64,000 nucleotides of DNA from Patescibacteria group bacterium (GCA_041671325.1 JBAZBR010000002.1:9978-73977); one strand, 5' to 3'. Numbered from the stretch's first letter, positions 43,911 to 53,516 are shown. Notes: generated by a model not told the origin, from the sequence alone. Numbers and translations: made by a program.

Positions 43911-45670
43911 GCTTAAGCCCAAATCAAATAAATATTCGGGATATTGGCTCGGTGCTTTTGGCAAAAGGCCTGATTAACAAAGAGCAATATGCCCAAGCGG
44001 AAAAACAAGCCCGCCAAAAACGCGTGCCGGTTAATGTTATTTTGGAAGAGAAAGGCTTGGTTAAAGACGAAGACCTGGCAAGGGTCCGGGCTGAAGTTTT
44101 CCAGATTCCCTACGTGGACCTTCATGGCCGGGTAATTTCTACAGAGCTTTTGAATATTGTCCCGAGGGAAATTGCCAGAAATTACCAAATGGTGGCGTTT
44201 GCCAAAGAAGGCCGCAAAATAAGCGTGGCTTTGCTTGACCCCGCTAATTTTCGGGCTTTAGAAGCCATAGAATTCATTGCTCGGAATAGTAATTTCATAA
44301 TTGATTATTACGTCTCGTCTTTTGCCTCAATTGGCAGCATTTTAAAGCAATATGCCAGCTTATCCGCCGAAGTTGAAGAAGCTTTAGCGGCGTCCGGGCC
44401 CAGGGAAAAGCCAAAAATCAGCGCCCTTGATGAAATTGCCTTGGCCGACAAGGGCATTGAAGAAGTCATCAAGACTGCCCCGGTTTCCAAAATGGTGGCA
44501 GTTATCTTGAGGCACGCCATTGAAGGCGGCGCTTCGGATATCCATATTGAACCCAGCGCTGAAGGTTCACGGGTAAGGTACAGGGTAGACGGCATTTTGC
44601 ATACCTCAATCAAATTACCGCCATACGTGCATGCCTCAATTGTTGCCAGGATTAAGGTTATTTCCAATTTGAAGCTGGATGAAACCAGGCTGCCGCAGGA
44701 CGGCCGTTTCCATACCGAAGTTGACGGTAAATCCATTGACTTGCGTGTTTCAACGCTGCCCCTGATGAATAACGAAAAGGTGGTAATGAGAATTTTGGAT
44801 TCCTCTTCCCAGCATTTGAACCTGGATGACCTGGGCTTTATCGCCCGGGAAAAGGAAGTTTTGATAAAATGCCTGGAATCAACCCAGGGCATGGTTTTAA
44901 GCACTGGCCCAACCGGTTCAGGCAAATCCACTACCTTATATACCTTGCTAGGCATGATCAATACCGAAGATATTAATATCGTCACTTTGGAAGACCCGGT
45001 TGAATACCATATGGAAGGCGTGAATCAATCGCAAATCAATCCTGAGGTTGGCCTGACTTTTGCCAATGGCTTAAGGTCCATCTTGCGGCAAGACCCGGAT
45101 GTGGTCATGGTTGGCGAAATCCGCGATACCGAAACCGCGGAATTGGCTGTCAACGCCGCCTTGACTGGACACTTAGTTTTTTCCACTTTGCACACCAATG
45201 ACGCGTTTGGCGCCATCCCGCGCTTGATTGACATGAAAGTTGAACCATTCTTGATTTCTTCCTCTTTATCGACTATCGTTGCCCAGCGTTTGGTCAGAAG
45301 AATCTGTGAACACTGCAAGGTAATAGAGGAGGTTCCGGAAGCAACCAGGCAGGAAGTTTTGGAAACCCTTAAAAAGGCCGCAAAATCTGCTTTTCCAAAA
45401 GACTTTTCATTGGATAAACCTTTAGTTTTCCATAGGGGCAAGGGTTGCATTCGCTGCGGTAATAGCGGGTACAAAGGCCGCATGGTCGTGGCTGAAGTTT
45501 TGGAAGTAACCGAAGAGCTTCAAATAATAATTAACAGTGGCTCCAAACTGCAGGATATAAAAGCCGAAGCAAAAAGACAGGGTGTCTTGACCATGAAAGA
45601 AGACGGTTTTGTAAAAGCTTGCGTAGGCTATACCTCTATTGAAGAGGTTTTGCGGGCCACGCAAGAATAA
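43907..45670 (+). CDS. pilB: type IV pilus assembly ATPase PilB (GspE family)
   Basis: GspE N-domain. Walker A GPTGSGKSTT. Asp box. Cys4 motif CEHCK...CIRCGNSGYKG. Confidence 0.9.
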   Translation: MSLSPNQINIRDIGSVLLAKGLINKEQYAQAEKQARQKRVPVNVILEEKGLVKDEDLARVRAEVFQIPYVDLHGRVISTELLNIVPREIARNYQMVAFAKEGRKISVALLDPANFRALEAIEFIARNSNFIIDYYVSSFASIGSILKQYASLSAEVEEALAASGPREKPKISALDEIALADKGIEEVIKTAPVSKMVAVILRHAIEGGASDIHIEPSAEGSRVRYRVDGILHTSIKLPPYVHASIVARIKVISNLKLDETRLPQDGRFHTEVDGKSIDLRVSTLPLMNNEKVVMRILDSSSQHLNLDDLGFIAREKEVLIKCLESTQGMVLSTGPTGSGKSTTLYTLLGMINTEDINIVTLEDPVEYHMEGVNQSQINPEVGLTFANGLRSILRQDPDVVMVGEIRDTETAELAVNAALTGHLVFSTLHTNDAFGAIPRLIDMKVEPFLISSSLSTIVAQRLVRRICEHCKVIEEVPEATRQEVLETLKKAAKSAFPKDFSLDKPLVFHRGKGCIRCGNSGYKGRMVVAEVLEVTEELQIIINSGSKLQDIKAEAKRQGVLTMKEDGFVKACVGYTSIEEVLRATQE

Positions 45671-45706
45671 CCATTGATCTCATTAAATCTCCATAATCAG
45701 TAATTT

Positions 45707-46153
45707 ATGCCAAACCAAATGACGAAAAAAAGCGATAGCCGCAAGAATCACGCTGAAAATGCCAAGAAACCCGCCCACGAATTGGGCAAGAAAACCATAC
45801 TTCTGGTGGAGGATGACACGTTTTTAGCTGGAATGTATGTGACTAAACTGGAACTGGAAGGCTTCCGGGTTTTGCTGGCCAGTGATGGCGAACAGGCCGT
45901 GGTTTTAGCCAAAAAAGAAATTCCAAATATCATGCTTTTGGACATTATTTTGCCCAAGAAAAGCGGTTTTGAAGTATTGCAAGAGATAAAAGCCAGTGCT
46001 TCAACCAAGAATATTCCGGTTATACTCCTAACCAACCTCGGCCAGAAAGAAGATGTCCAAAAAGGCTTAAAATTAGGGGCAGTTGATTATTTAATCAAGG
46101 CGCATTTCATGCCTTCCGAAGTCGTGGCCAAAGTTAAGAGATTAGTGAAGTGA
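45707..46153 (+). CDS. single-domain response regulator (CheY-like receiver, PilH/PilG-like position)
   Basis: LLVEDD...D57-like LLDIILP...K at the expected positions. Confidence 0.8.
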   Translation: MPNQMTKKSDSRKNHAENAKKPAHELGKKTILLVEDDTFLAGMYVTKLELEGFRVLLASDGEQAVVLAKKEIPNIMLLDIILPKKSGFEVLQEIKASASTKNIPVILLTNLGQKEDVQKGLKLGAVDYLIKAHFMPSEVVAKVKRLVK

Positions 46154-46285
46154 TGAATTTAAAAACGTCTTTGCGGGGAAGTGCCCATGTCACTGACGAC
46201 GCAATCCCATTAAATAAAAGACCAAGTAAGTTAAACAGTGGGATTGCCACGTCGCTCCGCTCCTCGCAATGACATATAATAAACG

Positions 46286-47359
46286 ATGCTTACCTCTGAA
46301 CAACAATCTATTACTAGAATTTTAACTCAAGCCATTCAATACCGGGCTTCAGATGTTCATTTGGTTCCAGGCAATCCGCCAGTTTTAAGGGTGGACGGCA
46401 AATTAATGCAGTTGGATCAGGAAATGATAATCAGCGCGGACCTGCTAAAAAGTTATATTGAATCAATCTTGAATCCTGAACAATTAAAGATCCTGGAGCA
46501 AGACAGGGACTTGCGTACGACCATAGCTTTAGAAGGCAAACTCCGTTTCAGGCTTATTGCTATTTACCAAAAAGGCGGTTTGTCTTTGGATATGCGCTAT
46601 ATCCCAGAAGTTATTCCAACTATTGCCGAACTGGGCTTGCCTAAGGAAGTAGAGAATTTTGCCCAAGCTCCGCATGGCTTGATTTTAGTTTCCGGACCCT
46701 TTGGCTCCGGCCGAACCACAACCTTGGCGGCCATGCTTAATTTAATAAACCAAGAAAGGGTTTGCCACATCATCACCATTGAGAAGCCAATTGAGTATTT
46801 ATTGGCCGGACAAAAAAGCATTATTGAACAAAGAGAGGTTGGCGTTGACGTCAAGAATATTGAACATGCTTTAAGCCTGATTGAATCTGAAGATGTGGAC
46901 GTGGTAGCGGTTTCCGAATTAGAAAACGATTCAGATATTCAGGCCTGCGTGAAGATTTTGCACAGCGGCCGGCTGATTCTGGCCACCCTAACTGCTGATT
47001 CCTCAACCCAGGCTTTAGAAAGGCTGGTAAACGCTTTTCCAGCGGAGAGTCAGTCGACGGTCAGTAAAAATATTTCCGACGCCATTCAAGGCATTATCAA
47101 TTTACGGCTAGTCCCCAGGATTGGCGGCGGCCGGGTTTTAGTTTCGGAAATTTTTTCGCCGACCAGCGCTTCCCGGGCGGTAATTAGGGACAGGCAATTC
47201 ATGCAATTGGCCAACACCATTCAAACCTCAAGGGTGGAAGGCATGATTTCCTTGGACCGTTCCTTGGCTGAGATGGTCAGGGTTGGCGATGTGAAAATTG
47301 AAGACGCGGAAGCCGTTTCAATTGATCCCCAAAACTTAAGACAAATGATAAACCGATAA
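46286..47359 (+). CDS. pilT: twitching motility ATPase PilT
   Basis: Walker A GPFGSGRTTT. PilT-length hexameric ATPase motifs. Confidence 0.85.
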   Translation: MLTSEQQSITRILTQAIQYRASDVHLVPGNPPVLRVDGKLMQLDQEMIISADLLKSYIESILNPEQLKILEQDRDLRTTIALEGKLRFRLIAIYQKGGLSLDMRYIPEVIPTIAELGLPKEVENFAQAPHGLILVSGPFGSGRTTTLAAMLNLINQERVCHIITIEKPIEYLLAGQKSIIEQREVGVDVKNIEHALSLIESEDVDVVAVSELENDSDIQACVKILHSGRLILATLTADSSTQALERLVNAFPAESQSTVSKNISDAIQGIINLRLVPRIGGGRVLVSEIFSPTSASRAVIRDRQFMQLANTIQTSRVEGMISLDRSLAEMVRVGDVKIEDAEAVSIDPQNLRQMINR

Positions 47360-47362
47360 TTT

Positions 47363-48571
47363 ATGGCAATTTTTGACTACCGGGCAAAAAATTTTCAGGG
47401 CCAGACAGTCGAAGGGGCGGTAGTCGCGCCTTCTGACGCGGTTGCTTACGATACGCTTAGGGAAAAAAGCTTGACCATAATTTCCCTGAAAGAACGCCCC
47501 AAAGGCGACAAAATTTTTGGTACGAACTTGTTTAAAAAAGTCAGCGTCAAAGAGCAGGTAATTTTCGCCAGGCAATTATCAGTTATGATCTCGGCGAATG
47601 TGCCTATAGTCAGGGCCTTAAGGATTTTAGTCCGGCAAACCAAGAATGTTAATTTCAAGATGATCCTTTCGGATATCCTGGATGAGGTTGATGGCGGCGC
47701 CAGGCTATCCATGGCCCTGGCTCGGTATCCCCAAGTTTTTAACACTTTTTTCGTGTCCATGATTAGGTCTGGCGAAACCACTGGCAAACTGGATGAGGTT
47801 TTAGTTTATCTGGCCGACCAAAAGGAAAAAGATTATGGGATTACCAGCCGGGTCAGGGGCGCGTTCATATATCCGGCTGTGGTTTTGTTTGCCGTGCTGG
47901 CCGTGGGCGTGGTCATGGTGGTTTTTGTCCTCCCAAAATTGCTGACAATTTTCACCGAAGGAGGCGCTGAACTCCCCTTAACGACAAAAATGTTGATAGG
48001 CATCAGTAATTTTGTGACCCATCAGTGGTATGTAGTAATTTTGATCATTTTGGCAGCAACTGTGGCTTTTATTTGGTGGAAGCGGACGCCCGGCGGCAGA
48101 AATGCTTTGGATGAAATAAAGCTGCGGATGCCGATTGCGGGCAGGATTTTCACCATGATTTACTTGACCCGCCTTGCCAGGTCATTATCCACGCTTTTGG
48201 GCTCGGGCGTGCCAATCTCCCAGGCTTTGTCAATTACGGCAGAGGTGGTTGGCAACCATGCTTACCAAAGGATAATCGAAAAAACCATCCGCGAAGTGGA
48301 AGACGGAAATTCCATAACCACGGTTTTCATCAAAAGCAAGCAAGTGCCTTTAATGCTTTCCCAAATGATGGCCGTGGGCGAGCAATCCGGCCAGCTGGAT
48401 CAAGTTTTGATGAAAGTCGCCCAATTTTATGAAAATGAGCTGGATGGCCTGGTCAGGAACCTCGTTTCATTGATTGAACCTTTAATCCTGCTCTTAATGG
48501 GCGTCGGCGTCGGCTTTATGGTTTCTTCCATCTTATTGCCGATTTACAACGTCGGCAATGCGATTAATTAG
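47363..48571 (+). CDS. pilC: type IV pilus platform protein PilC (GspF family)
   Basis: Two GspF repeats, 3 TM, typical length. Confidence 0.85.
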   Translation: MAIFDYRAKNFQGQTVEGAVVAPSDAVAYDTLREKSLTIISLKERPKGDKIFGTNLFKKVSVKEQVIFARQLSVMISANVPIVRALRILVRQTKNVNFKMILSDILDEVDGGARLSMALARYPQVFNTFFVSMIRSGETTGKLDEVLVYLADQKEKDYGITSRVRGAFIYPAVVLFAVLAVGVVMVVFVLPKLLTIFTEGGAELPLTTKMLIGISNFVTHQWYVVILIILAATVAFIWWKRTPGGRNALDEIKLRMPIAGRIFTMIYLTRLARSLSTLLGSGVPISQALSITAEVVGNHAYQRIIEKTIREVEDGNSITTVFIKSKQVPLMLSQMMAVGEQSGQLDQVLMKVAQFYENELDGLVRNLVSLIEPLILLLMGVGVGFMVSSILLPIYNVGNAIN

Positions 48572-48653
48572 GTCTATTGTCATTCCGACCGAGTCTTTAT
48601 TATAAAAAGACGAACGGTAATCCTCAAATTAATGAGAAGATAGTGCTAACGAA

Positions 48654-49380
48654 TCCTCTCCTCACAGAAGAGGATGCCGGAGGCAGGAGGGGTTTGTGGT
48701 AAATATGCAAGAAATTAGCATAAAAAGAGCCAGGCAATTACGAAAAAAATTAACACCATCAGAAGTAAAAATGTGGTCATTATTGCGGAATAAGCGATTT
48801 CTTAATTATAAATTTTACCGTCAGTTTCCTGTGGGACCATATATTACAGATTTTTGCTGTCGGAGCAGGAAGCTAATAATAGAAATTGACGGGGGTGGCC
48901 ATGCCATTCAGAAACAGAGTATAAAAGACGAATATAGAAATAAATATTTAGTTAAATGCGGATTTCGCGTGATGAGAATCTGGTCCAATGAGCTGTTTAG
49001 TAACATTGACGGGGTAATGGAAGGGGTTTTAATAGAATTGCAAAAACAATAAATCTATTTGCCTTTGATCATTCCCCTCACCCGGCCTACGGCCACCCTC
49101 TCCCAGAGGGAGAGGGAGATAAAGAACGGTTCCTCTCCTCCGCCAGAGGCGGACAGGCAGAAGGAGAGGGGGTAGTTGAATAGTCCTCTCCTCACAGGAG
49201 AGGATGCCGGAGGCAGGAGAGGTTCATGGTTATTATATAAGAAGCCATTATTAAGTAAGACAGACAATTATTATAAGTTCAATAGAATTAGAAAAAAACA
49301 ACAGACTTTCTTGATTTTCAAACACCTCCCTCACCCGGCCTACGGCTACCCTCTCCCGCCAGGGGAGAGGGAGGAATAGG
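48654..49380 (+). mobile_element. DUF559 element 1: a DUF559 gene preceded by a palindromic 5' module and followed by a cluster of GC-rich palindromes. The unit is bracketed by 51-bp imperfect direct repeats (48654-48704 and 49184-49234).
   Basis: Direct repeats tcctctcctcacag[a/g]agaggatgccggaggcaggag[g/a]gg... Inverted motif pair ggtgagg/cctcacc and cctctcc/ggagagg at both ends. Confidence 0.5.
48705..49052 (+). CDS. DUF559 domain protein (Vsr-like PD-(D/E)xK endonuclease fold), copy 1
   Basis: Conserved (Y/F)DFCC...IE(I/V)DGG(G/Q)H...(I/F)W(S/N)N(E/D) pattern shared with the copies at 53121 and 61073. Confidence 0.75.
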   Translation: MQEISIKRARQLRKKLTPSEVKMWSLLRNKRFLNYKFYRQFPVGPYITDFCCRSRKLIIEIDGGGHAIQKQSIKDEYRNKYLVKCGFRVMRIWSNELFSNIDGVMEGVLIELQKQ

Positions 49381-49611
49381 TAAAATACTAGTCAAAAACC
49401 AAAAAATCTGCTATACTAATTACATATCCTTGTCGTGGCTGGCGGGCCCACCAATGCATTCTAAAGTGCTTCGGTGGGTGAATCCCTTAATTGGGACTTG
49501 TCCTCCAAAGCCCTTAATTGGGCAAAGGAGGGGATGGGTGATTCAGTACTGATCACTGATCCCCAACAAAACCCGCTTTCCTCGCTTAACATTGAAGGGA
49601 GGTGACAGATA
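49381..49611 (+). promoter_or_regulatory. long structured 5' leader upstream of the major pilin gene, containing several hairpins and a duplicated cccttaattggg motif
   Basis: No ORF. Hairpins cccacc...ggtggg, ggac-tt-gtcc and gggga...tcccc. Possible -10 tatact at 49418-49423. Strong RBS at the 3' end. Confidence 0.3.
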
Positions 49612-50121
49612 ATGACAAAAAGAAAAGGTTTTACTTTAATTGAATTGTTGGTGGTTATTGCCATCATCGGTATTCTGTCAGCCGTGGGTTTGATCGCGCT
49701 TAATGGCGCTCGAGAAAAAGCCCGTGACTCACAGAGAAAGAGCGATTTGGGCCAATTGAGAACCGGTTTGGCTTTGTATTATGATACTTATAATAATTTT
49801 CCAACAGCTGCAACAGCGATAGCGGCCGATTATGTTAACGGTGCAGGACTCGCGCTTGATGCGGGATTGGTTGCTACAGACCAGAAATTTATTTCAAAAT
49901 TACCGAACATGCCAAGCACTTCAGATACTGGCACAGCACGCCAATATATGTACCAAACCTGCGGTGTGACTGCTGCAACCGACTATATACTTTACGCTGG
50001 CTTGGAAAGACCTAAGGATACTGGAGCTTATTGGACATTAAGCTATAGCCAAGGCGTTGCTTGTGAAGCAACTTCTTTTAGTTGTGCAGTAGGCGCTGCC
50101 TCCACTGTAACTTGTTTGTAA
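49612..50121 (+). CDS. pilA: type IV pilin (major pilin candidate), prepilin leader MTKRKG|[16 protein letters not shown]
   Basis: Class III signal. Strong RBS AAGGGAGGTG. C-terminal Cys pair. Confidence 0.8.
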   Translation: MTKRKGFTLIELLVVIAIIGILSAVGLIALNGAREKARDSQRKSDLGQLRTGLALYYDTYNNFPTAATAIAADYVNGAGLALDAGLVATDQKFISKLPNMPSTSDTGTARQYMYQTCGVTAATDYILYAGLERPKDTGAYWTLSYSQGVACEATSFSCAVGAASTVTCL

Positions 50122-50224
50122 TCTGTTAATATAGCTAATATAACAATCAAAAAGGGCCATTTAGGCTCTTTTTGATTTAATAGCCAGATTTCCCAAATAG
50201 AATAATTTATTATAATCTTAAGTA

Positions 50225-50713
50225 ATGAAAAAGAGTACGAATCAGAATTCGGGCTTCACCCTAATAGAATTATTAATAGTGATTGCTATTATCGGTATTT
50301 TAACGGCAATTGGTTTAATTGTTTTAAGCAATAGCCGTGAACGAGCCAGAGACATTAAACGCAAAACGGATTTAAATAGCGTCAAATTGGGTTTGGAGTT
50401 GTATTTTGACAGCTTTAATGCTTACCCCTCTCAAGACACTTTTTTGGGTTTTAGTAATGCAACCGGGGCTGGAAATTTGGTTTACGATTCATTAGTTGGC
50501 AACGCAAAATTTATTAGTAGCTTGCCACAAACACCTTTAGCCGGCGAATTGTATTATTATCGGTCATGCGTGCCTGCAGGCCAAACTGGCTATACAGATT
50601 ACACACTCTATTCGCGCTTGGAGCAACCCACAGTTCCAGGGAATTTTTGGATAATTAGCAAGAGTAAAGCCACTAGCCAGGAAGTAAATTCAGTTAATTG
50701 TCCCCAAACTTAG
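50225..50713 (+). CDS. type IV pilin paralogue (MKKSTNQNSG|[16 protein letters not shown])
   Basis: Class III signal peptide. Conserved alpha1 region similar to the 49612 gene. Confidence 0.8.
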   Translation: MKKSTNQNSGFTLIELLIVIAIIGILTAIGLIVLSNSRERARDIKRKTDLNSVKLGLELYFDSFNAYPSQDTFLGFSNATGAGNLVYDSLVGNAKFISSLPQTPLAGELYYYRSCVPAGQTGYTDYTLYSRLEQPTVPGNFWIISKSKATSQEVNSVNCPQT

Positions 50714-50718
50714 AGAAT

Positions 50719-52446
50719 ATGAAAGTTAAAAGAGAGGCGGTTTTGCCGATTGTTCTAGGCTTTGCGTTTTTTGTGACCAACACTTTTGCTGGCGACTCGA
50801 CGCCGTGGGTGGAAGGGTTTTTGGGAATCCTGACAATTCTTTTATTGCTTTTTAGCCGTCAAAATCTTGGTTTTGGTCAGGACTGGTTCTCTCCTTGGCG
50901 GTGGTTTTTAATTTTAATTGTATTTTTTTCTCTAACCGTGCCTTTCGCCGGTGACAAATATCAAGCCTTGAGAACCTGGATATATTGGTTCATTTCCGCT
51001 GTTTTTTTCTTAAGTGCCTGGTCAATAGACCGGCAATACCGGAAAAAAATGTTGTTAATCATGGTTTGGATTGCGGGAGCCGGCAGCTTATGGGCGATTG
51101 TCAATTTTATAAGCGTGCCCGGTTTAGATAGAGCCGGGGGCTTTTTTAAAAATGCCAATGCCTTAGGGGGTTACTGCGTATTGACCCTGCCTTTGGCTAT
51201 TGCCTTGATATTTGAAACAAAGCGATTGACTAGAATAAGCATTTTGATTTCTTCTGTGAGCATTGCTATTTCTTTAATTTTAAGTTTTTCGGTTACGGGA
51301 TTTGTAGCATTGGTAGGGGTATTAATCTTTGTTCTTGTTATTTGGCGAAAAAACATTAAAAGAAAATGGTTTTTACTTACGGGGGGGGTAATTATTGGCT
51401 TAATCGTTGTGGGCGTTGGCATACGTTTTTTTCAAACCCATTCTTTTAAAACGGCGGTTCGATTAGATAAGATAATTTCCCAAACGCATTTTAAGTCCAG
51501 TTTTACGCAACGTTGGCAATTTAACGCCGTTGCATTTGCTATGTTTAAAAAACATCCAATCGTTGGGATTGGTTTGGGTAATTATCAGCAAGCGTTTTCT
51601 CAGTACGCAAATTCGCGCTTGGAACAGCCACGCTATGTTCACAACGCCTATTTAGAGATTTTTACTGAAACCGGAATATTGGGAGGGTTAGCATTTTTAA
51701 TCATTATAATTTCATTAGCAACTGCGACTGTGCGGACTTACCAAAAATCCGAAATTGATAAAATTTTAATTTTTGGAGCTGGTATGGGCTTGCTGGCTTC
51801 AGCTTTGAATGCATTTGTTGATTTTGGCTGGCATTTTCCTGGAATCTGGGTCGGTTTTTGGATTATTTCCGGTTTAGTTTTATTGCCTGTACAAAATAAG
51901 GCAACACCGTTAAAGTCTGGTTTAATTGCTAGTTTATTTATTATTTTAGGAGGCTTGGTTCTTATCCGGGGCCTGGGTGTTGTGGCCAGTTATACCTATT
52001 TTGCCAGAGCCGAACGTTTGGTTGAGCAAGGTGAAGACCAACAAGCCATTCCGAATTTTCAAAAAGGGTTAAAATATGATCCAGATCCCGTGAGAATGAC
52101 AAACTTGGCAACCTCATTATGGTTGAGACATAACTCTCAAGCCGATGCTTTGATAAGAGCTGAAGAACAAGTTAATCAAGCCTTGAAGTGGTCAAAAATA
52201 AACTACACAACGTATTTGGTTCAGGCGCGTATAGCTTTAGCTAATAAAGATTATGCAAAAACCCGCATTAGTTATGAAAAAATGCTGGAGATTGACCGCC
52301 ATTTTCATCCTGACGCAACCGCGGAATTCGTTAATTTTTTACGCTTTCAAAAAGATTTCACAAAAGCCGACGCGATTGTTAAAGAGGCCGAAAAAGCTTA
52401 TAAAGATATTCTAAAACCAGGCGAGAGCTTGTTTAAGCGGCTGTAA
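50719..52446 (+). CDS. O-antigen ligase (Wzy_C)-like polytopic membrane protein with C-terminal TPR region. Putative pilin O-glycosyltransferase.
   Basis: About 10 TM helices with a large loop. TPR-like C-terminus. Immediately downstream of pilin genes. Start taken at MKVKRE (the ORF track starts at 50698). Confidence 0.55.
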   Translation: MKVKREAVLPIVLGFAFFVTNTFAGDSTPWVEGFLGILTILLLLFSRQNLGFGQDWFSPWRWFLILIVFFSLTVPFAGDKYQALRTWIYWFISAVFFLSAWSIDRQYRKKMLLIMVWIAGAGSLWAIVNFISVPGLDRAGGFFKNANALGGYCVLTLPLAIALIFETKRLTRISILISSVSIAISLILSFSVTGFVALVGVLIFVLVIWRKNIKRKWFLLTGGVIIGLIVVGVGIRFFQTHSFKTAVRLDKIISQTHFKSSFTQRWQFNAVAFAMFKKHPIVGIGLGNYQQAFSQYANSRLEQPRYVHNAYLEIFTETGILGGLAFLIIIISLATATVRTYQKSEIDKILIFGAGMGLLASALNAFVDFGWHFPGIWVGFWIISGLVLLPVQNKATPLKSGLIASLFIILGGLVLIRGLGVVASYTYFARAERLVEQGEDQQAIPNFQKGLKYDPDPVRMTNLATSLWLRHNSQADALIRAEEQVNQALKWSKINYTTYLVQARIALANKDYAKTRISYEKMLEIDRHFHPDATAEFVNFLRFQKDFTKADAIVKEAEKAYKDILKPGESLFKRL

Positions 52447-52489
52447 ATAATAATTAGTCAAAGTCAAGTTTATATAATATAATTACTTT

Positions 52490-52903
52490 ATGATGAAAAA
52501 AGGTATTGGCATGATCGGTATTGTTTTAATTAGCTTAGCCTTTTTGCTGGTCATCTTTTTTGGTTTAAGGATTATTGGTGCCGAAAGGGCGAAAACTAGG
52601 GATGCCCAAAGGGTGGCTGATATGGCCAGAATCCAAGTCGGGTTTATGGCGCTTTTCAATCGCACTGCCAGCTATGCCCAGGCTGCGCAGAATGGCTGTG
52701 ATGCGGTCGGTAGTCCGGTTCGGGTGTGTAACTTGGCCCAGGATTTTCCAAGCGTAAAGAATTTTAAAGACCCCAAAGGCACAGAATATTTGGTTTCTAA
52801 AGTCCCGGACGCCACCACTTACGAAATAACTTTTTCTTTAGAAGTTGGCGCCACGGGTTTGGCAAAAGGCAAACATACCCTAACCCCGGCGGGAATAAAA
52901 TAA
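52490..52903 (+). CDS. pilin-like protein with N-terminal hydrophobic helix but no canonical G|FTLIE prepilin cleavage motif
   Basis: Post-helix region ERAKTRDAQRVADMARIQ parallels [17 protein letters not shown] of the true pilins. Cys pair near the middle. Confidence 0.45.
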   Translation: MMKKGIGMIGIVLISLAFLLVIFFGLRIIGAERAKTRDAQRVADMARIQVGFMALFNRTASYAQAAQNGCDAVGSPVRVCNLAQDFPSVKNFKDPKGTEYLVSKVPDATTYEITFSLEVGATGLAKGKHTLTPAGIK

Positions 52904-53039
52904 AATTTTTGAAAAGCAAGATTGCCGCGCTTCCTTGTAAGAGCGAGGTCGCTCGCAATGACCGATCTTTAATCAACCGTCTTTGCGAGTCCCGCAGCCG
53001 CGGCAGGGACGGGAAAGGAGGGAGAAAGTAAGGCAATGG

Positions 53040-53505
53040 TTATATTTATCCTCCTCTCCGCCTTTTAGGGGGAGAGGATGTCCCGAGCAAAGTCGAGGGA
53101 CAGGTGAGGTGGTAAGTATTATGAAACTGAAACCATTAACCATAAAAGCAAAGAGGCTTAGGCAAAGGCAAACTCCGCAAGAAGTAAAATTATGGTCAAG
53201 ACTTAAAAACAGACAATGCTCTGGCTATAAATTTAGGCGGCAAGTACATCTAGGCAAGTATATTGTTGATTTCTATTGTCCAGAGAAAAAATTTATTGTT
53301 GAAGTTGATGGGGGTCAGCATAGTCATGAACGATTTTCTAAGCGTGATTCATTTAGGAGTAATTATCTGAAAAACCAAGGATGCAAAGTTATCCGATTTT
53401 GGAACAATGATATTGATTCAAATTTAGAAGGTGTTTATCAAGTAATTCTTGATTTTCTAAGTTCCCCCTCACCTCTATCTCCTCTCCCGCGAGAGGAGAG
53501 GAGGA
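53040..53505 (+). mobile_element. DUF559 element 2, with a 5' palindromic module (53040-53120) and a 3' palindromic module (53464-53505)
   Basis: Same architecture as element 1. ggacaggtgaggtgg 5' and ccctcacc...ctcctctcccgcgagaggagagg 3'. Confidence 0.5.
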
Positions 53506-53516
53506 ATGAAAGGTAA
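53121..53516 (+). CDS. DUF559 domain protein, copy 2
   Basis: Start at ATG 53121 with AGGTGAGGTGG SD-like sequence. Conserved DUF559 motifs. Confidence 0.75.
   Translation: MKLKPLTIKAKRLRQRQTPQEVKLWSRLKNRQCSGYKFRRQVHLGKYIVDFYCPEKKFIVEVDGGQHSHERFSKRDSFRSNYLKNQGCKVIRFWNNDIDSNLEGVYQVILDFLSSPSPLSPLPREERRNER

Noticed and set aside
39778-45483. Long antisense ORFs inside pilM (39778-40545) and pilB (44308-44985, 45025-45483)
   Set aside because: - They lie antisense to genes with unmistakable motifs (PilM actin fold; PilB Walker A and Cys4).
- There is no independent support.
48590-49380. Short ORFs whose translations contain SPLLTGEDAGGRRG or similar (e.g. 49176-49379), and run-on C-termini of DUF559 ORFs into palindromes
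   Set aside because: - Those peptides are translations of the repeated palindromic element itself.
- Identical nucleotide repeats explain them better than coding.
49381-49611. c-di-GMP riboswitch upstream of the pilin gene
   Set aside because: - Conserved GEMM-I/II core sequences were not recognisable by eye.
- Retained only as an unclassified structured leader.
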